From: Mobula hypostoma
Taxonomy: Eukaryota
Direction of reading: 5' to 3'
Length of the DNA stretch: 64,000 bases
NCBI RefSeq assembly: GCF_963921235.1
Contig: NC_086098.1
Location: forward strand, 620,001 to 684,000
Positions 58,426 through 64,000 of this stretch are shown here, piece by piece. The notes beneath the pieces are model-generated. The model was not told the origin of the DNA, made no database searches, and saw only the letters and a program-made list of their open reading frames with translations. Numbering within the stretch: the first letter of the stretch is position 1; each line of letters opens with the position of its first letter. The translations under genes and the position numbers were made by a program.

Positions 58426-61400
58426 TGAACATAGAACAGTACCAGCACAGTACAGGCCCTTCGGCCCACAATCTTGTGCCAACCCTTAAACCCTGCCTCT
58501 CAGATAACCCCCCACCTTAAATTCCTCCATATACCTGTCTAGTAGTCTCTTAAATTTCACAAGTGTATCTGCCTCCATCACTGACACAGGTAGTGCATTC
58601 CACACACCAACCACTCTCTGAGTAAAAAATCTTCCTCTAATATCCCTCTTGAACTTCCCACCCCTTACCTTAAAGCTATGTCCTCTTGTATTGAGCAGTG
58701 GTGTCCTGGGGAAGAGGCGCTGGCTATCCACTCTATCTATTCCTCTTAATATCTTGTATACCTCTATCATGTCTGCTCTCATCCTCCTTCTCTCCAAAGA
58801 GTAAAGCTCGAGCTCCCTTAATCTCTGATCATAATCCATGCTTCTAAACCAGGCAGCATCTTGGTAAATCTAACAAGTTCACAAGACAAAGGAGCAGAAT
58901 TAGGCCATTCGGCCCATCGAGTCTGCTCCGCAGCTCCCCCATGAGCTAAACTATTCACCCATCTAGTTCCAATTTCCGGCTTTTTCCCCATATCCCTTGA
59001 TACCCTGACTAATTAGATACCTGCCAATCTCCTCCTTAAACACTCTCAATGATCGGGCCTCCATCGCTGTACGTGGCAATGAATTCCACAAATCCACGAC
59101 CCTCTGGCTAAAAAAATTTCTCCTCATCTCTGCTTTAACTGGGTACCCTCTAATTTTAAGACTATAGCCTCTTGTCCTGGACTCACCCACCAAGGGAAAC
59201 AACCTTTCCGCATCTACTCTGTCCAACCCTTTCAACATTCGAAAAGTTTCTATGAGATCCCCTCTCATTCTTCTATACTCTAATGAATACAATCCAAGAG
59301 CTGACAAACGCTCCTCATATGTTAGCCCCTGCATTCCAGGAATCATCCTCGTAAATCTTCTCTGAATTCTCTCAACGTCAGTACATCCTTTCTAAGATAG
59401 GGGGCCCAAAACTGCACATAGTATTCCAAATGAGGTCTCACTAATGCCCCATAGAGCCTCATCAACACCTCCTTACTCTTATACACTATTCCTCTTGAAA
59501 TGAATGCCAACATAGCATTCGCTTTCCTTACCGCCAATCCAACTTGGTGGTTAACCTTTAGGGTATCCTGCACGTGGACCCCCAAGTCCCTTTGCACTTC
59601 CAATTTTTGAATTTTCTCCCCATCTAAATAATGATCTGCCCAATTATTTCTTCTTCCAAAATGTACAACTGTACATTTGTCAACGTTGTAACTCATCTGC
59701 CATTTCTTTGCCCACTCTCCTAAACTGACTAAGTCTCTCTGCAACCTTTCCGTTTCTTCAACATTTCCTGCTCCTCCACCTATCTTGGTGTCATCCGCAA
59801 ACTTTGCCACAAAACCATTTAATCCATAATCCAAATCATCGATATACATCTTAAAATAAGCAGCCTCAACACCGACCCCTGTGGAACACCATGAGTAACC
59901 GGCAACCAATCAGAATAGGATCCCTTTATTCCCACCCTTTGCTTTCTGCCTATCAGCCAATGCTCCACCCATTTCAATATCTTTCCTATAATTCCATGGG
60001 TTCTCATCTTATTAAGCAGCCTCATATGCGGCACCTTATCGAAGGCCTTTTGAAAATCCAAATACACAACATCCACAGCCTCTCCCTTGTCAATCTTATT
60101 GGAGATTACCTCAAAAAATTCCAATAGGTTGGTGAGGCAGGATCTTCCCTTCATGAAACCATGCTGGCTTCGGCCTATCTTGTCATGCACCTTGAGGTAT
60201 TTCACAACCTCGTCCTTGAGGATTGACTCCAATATCTTTCCAACTACTTATGTCAGACTGATAGCTCTGTAATTTTCTTTTTGCTGCCTCCTTCCTTTCT
60301 TAAATAGCGGAACTACATTTGCGACCTTCCAGTCCTCCAGAACCATGCCAGAGTCTATTGATTCCTGGAAGATCATTTCCAATGCTTCCACAATCTCCAA
60401 AGCCACCTCCTTCAGAACCCTTGGGTGCACCTCATCTGGACTGGGAGACTTATCTATTCTTAGTCCACTTAGCTTCCCAAGCACTTTCTCTCTAGTAATC
60501 TTGACTGTACCTAATTCTATTCCCTGATACCTCTGGCTATCAGGTATATTGCTCATGTCTTCCACTGTGAAGACTGATGCAAAATACTCATTCAGTTCCT
60601 CCGCCATCTCTTTGTTATCCATTATAATTTCTCCAGCATCTTTTTCAATCGGTCCCGTATCTACCCTTGTCACTCTTTTACTCTTCATATATTTAAAAAA
60701 ACTCTTAGTATCCTTTTTTATGTTAATCGCCAACTTCCTTTCATAATTCATCTTTCTTTCCCAATGACTTTCTTAGTTTCCTTCTGTAAGTTTTTAAAAG
60801 TCTTCCAGTCCTCATTTTTCCCACTAATTTTTGCTTCCTTGTACGCCATTTCTTTTGCTTTTATTTTTGACTTAACCTCTCTCGTTAGCCTCGTTTGTGC
60901 CATTTTTCCATTCATGATTTTCTTTTTTCTTGGAATGTATTTTTCCTGCATTTTCCTTATTTCTTGTAGGAATTTCATCCAATTCTGCTCTACCGTCCCT
61001 CCATTTAGTTTACTTTTCCAATCGACTTTGGCCAGTTCCTCTCTCATACCAATGTAATTTCCCCTGTTCCACTGAAATATTGATACACCTGATACCAGCT
61101 TCTCCTTTTCAAATTTGAAACCATATTATGATCACTACTTCCAAGGGGTTCCTTTACCTCCAGCTCTATAATCGCCTCAGGTTCGTTACACAGCACCCAA
61201 TCCGAAACAGCCATTCCCCTGGTGGGCTTCTGGACAAGCTGCTCCAAAAAGCCATCCTGTAGACATTCTACAAACTCCCTCTCCAGAGATCCATTACCTT
61301 CCTGACTTTCCCAATCCACTTTCATATTAAAATCCCCCATAATTATCTTGACATTTTCCTTCTGACGGGCTTTTTCTATTTCCAGCTGCAACTTGTAGTC

Positions 61401-63077
61401 CACATCCCAGCTGCTGTTTGGAGGCCTGTATATAACTGCTATTAGTGTCTTTTTACCCTTGCCATTTCTTAATTCTACCATAAGGATTCTACCTCTTCTG
61501 ATCCTATGTCCCTTCTTTCTATTGATTTGATATTGTTACTTACCATCAGGGCCACGCCACCCCCTTTACCTACCTTCCTATCTTTCCTATACACTGTGTA
61601 TCCTTGGATATTCAGCTCCCAATCACGTCCATCATTTAGCCATGACTCGGTGATGGCCACAATGTCATATCTTTTAACCTGCAGCTGTGCAGCAAGGTCA
61701 TCCACTTTATTTCTAATGCTGTGTGCATTTAAGTACAGTACATTTAGATCAGTAGCTGTTGCCGATTTTGCTATATTTCTATTTTGCAGCAAATTATCCT
61801 GTATATTCACCAGCCTGTCCTTCTTGCCATCTTTGCTGCACAGTATTTTTGACTTATTTCTATTTTCCTCTTCCTCGACCCTAACACCTTGGTTTCCTTC
61901 CCCTTGCCAACTTAGTTTAAACCCTCCCTAACAGCTATATTAAACAATCCCGCCAGGATATTAGTACCTTTTGAGTTCAGGTGTAATCCATCTTTTTTCT
62001 CCTCTGTACCCTTTCCAATGCTTCCACATCCTTCCTATAGTGAGGCGACCAGAACTGGACACAGTATTCCAAGTGTGGCCTAACCAGAGTTTTATAGAGC
62101 TGCATCATTGCATCGCGACTCTTAAACTCTATCCCTCGACTTATGAAAGCTAACACCCCATAAGCTTTCTTAACTACCCTATCTACCTGTGAGGCAACTT
62201 TTAGGGATCTGTGGACATGTACCCCGAGATCCCTCTGCTCCTCCACACTACCAAGTATCCTGCCATTTACTTTGTACTCTGCCTTGGGGTTTGTCCTTCC
62301 AAAGTGTACCACCTCACACTTCCCCCGATTGAACTCCATCTGCCACTTCTCAGCCCACTTCTGCATCCTATCAATGTCTCTCTGCAATCTTTGACAATCC
62401 TCTATACTATCCACAACACCACCAACCTTTGTGTGGTCTGCAAACTTGCCAACCCACCCTTCTATCCCCACATCCATGTCGTTAATAAAATTCATGAAAA
62501 GTAGAGGTCCCAGAACCGGTCGTGGGACACCACTAGTCACAACCCTCCAATCCAAATATACTCCCTCCACCACGACCCTCTGCCTTTTGCAGGCAAGCCA
62601 ATTCTGTATCTACCTGGCCAAACTTCCCTGGATCCTATGCTGTCTGACTTTCTGAATAAGCCTACTGTGTGGAACTTTGTCAAATGCCTTACTAAAATCC
62701 AGGTAGATCACATCCACTGCACTACCCTCCTCTATATGCCTGGTCACCTCCTCAAAGAACTCTATCAGGCTTGTTAGACATGATCTGCCCTTCACAAAGC
62801 CATGCTGACTGTTCCTGATCAGACCATGATGCTCTAAATGCCCATAGATCCTATCTCAAAGAATTTTTTCCAACAGTTTTCCCACCACAGATGTAAGGCT
62901 TACTTTTCTATTATTTCCCGGACTATCCCTACTACCTTTTTTGAACAAGGGGACAACATTCGCCTCCCTCCAATCCTCCGGTACCACTTGCATGGACAAC
63001 AAGGACAGAAAGATCCTAGCCAGAGGCTCAGCAATCTCTTCCCTCGCCTCGTGGAGCAGCCTGGGGAATATTCCAGT
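58426..63077 (-). mobile_element. CR1 subfamily B copy (58426-58871 + 61998-63077) split by another CR1
   Basis: GGTAAATCT at 58871 rejoins CCTCTGTACCC at about 62000; ORFs 58486, 61977, 62610 and 62856. Confidence 0.88.
58875..61990 (-). mobile_element. CR1 (distinct subfamily): ORF1 end and frameshifted whole ORF2
   Basis: ORFs 61475 (YLNAHSIRNK, ITESW), 61044, 60748, 60248, 59819, 59343 and 58963. Confidence 0.92.
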
Positions 63078-63366
63078 CATCCGGAACAATGCCAGAATCT
63101 ATTGATTTTTGAAAGATCATTGTTAATGCCTCCTCAGTCTCTCCCCCTACTTCCTTCAGAACCCAAGGTTACATTTCATCAGGTCCAGGAGATTTACCCA
63201 CCCTCAGACCATTAAGCTTCCTGAGCACCATCTCAGTCATAATTTTCACTGCACAAACTTCATTTCCCTGACACTCTTGAATGTCCAGTATACTGCAGAC
63301 ATCTTCCACTGTGAAGACTGATGCAAAATACGCACCCAGTTCCTCTGCCATCTCTGTGTCTCTCAT
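63078..63366 (-). mobile_element. CR1 ORF2 linker fragment
   Basis: MAEELGAYFASVFT..KSPGPD. Confidence 0.8.
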
Positions 63367-64000
63367 CAGAATCAGAAACAGGTTTATTATCACTGGCATG
63401 TGACGTGGAACTTGTTAACTTAGCAGCAGTTCAATGCAATACATAATCTAGTGGAGAGAGAAAAAAATAATAATAAGTAACCAAGTAAAATAATTATATA
63501 TTTTGAATAGATTTTTAAAAATGTGCAAAAACAGAAATACTGTACATTAAAAAAAGTGAGGTATTGTTCAAAGCTTCAATGTCCATTTAGGAATCGGATG
63601 GCAGAGGGGAAGAAGCTGTTCCTGAATCGCTGAGTGTGTGCCTTTAGGCTTCTGTATCTCCTGCCTCATGGTAACAGTGATAAAAGGACATGCCCTGTGT
63701 ACTGGAGGTCCTCAATAATGGACACTGCCTTTCTGAGAGATTGCTCCCTGAAGATGTCCTGGGTACTTTGTAGGCTAGTACCCAAGATGGAGCTGACTAG
63801 ATTTACAACCTTCTGCAGCTTCTTTCAGTCCTGTGCAGTAACCCCTCCATACCAGACAGTGATGCAACCTGTTAGAATGTTCTCCATGATACAACTACAG
63901 AAGTTATTGAGTGTATCTGTTGACATGCTAAATCTCTTCAAACTCCTAATAAAGTACAGCTGCTGTCTTGCCTTCTTTATGACTACTTCAATATATTGGG
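63367..64000 (-). mobile_element. Rex1/Babar-type LINE 3' fragment running off the window
   Basis: (TTCTGA)n tail with AATAAA; TQRFRNSFFPSAIRFLN C-terminus. Confidence 0.75.

Overview
Eukaryotic, almost entirely transposon-derived window with no recognisable host gene. The repeat repertoire suggests a cartilaginous fish, probably a ray (inference). It is a deeply nested pile of elements. There are more than 20 CR1 LINE copies or fragments from several subfamilies (zinc-finger/leucine-zipper + SGNH-esterase ORF1, APE+RT ORF2, short microsatellite tails). One Nimb/I-group LINE (gag-like zinc knuckles, APE, RNase H, CCHC) is broken into four pieces over 16 kb. A Neptune-type Penelope-like element (RT + GIY-YIG) and several short derivatives carry a minimal type-I hammerhead ribozyme motif: one clean copy at 28604-28639, and a palindromic mini-element with a motif on each strand at 4160-4399. 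Also present are Rex1/Babar fragments, a Hero-like REL-endonuclease 3' fragment, two Tigger/pogo-type DNA transposon remnants, a rearranged Gypsy pol region and several solo LTRs with target-site duplications. Most short ORFs in the track are antisense shadows of these elements. All boundaries were read by eye and are approximate; family names come from motif recognition, not database searches.
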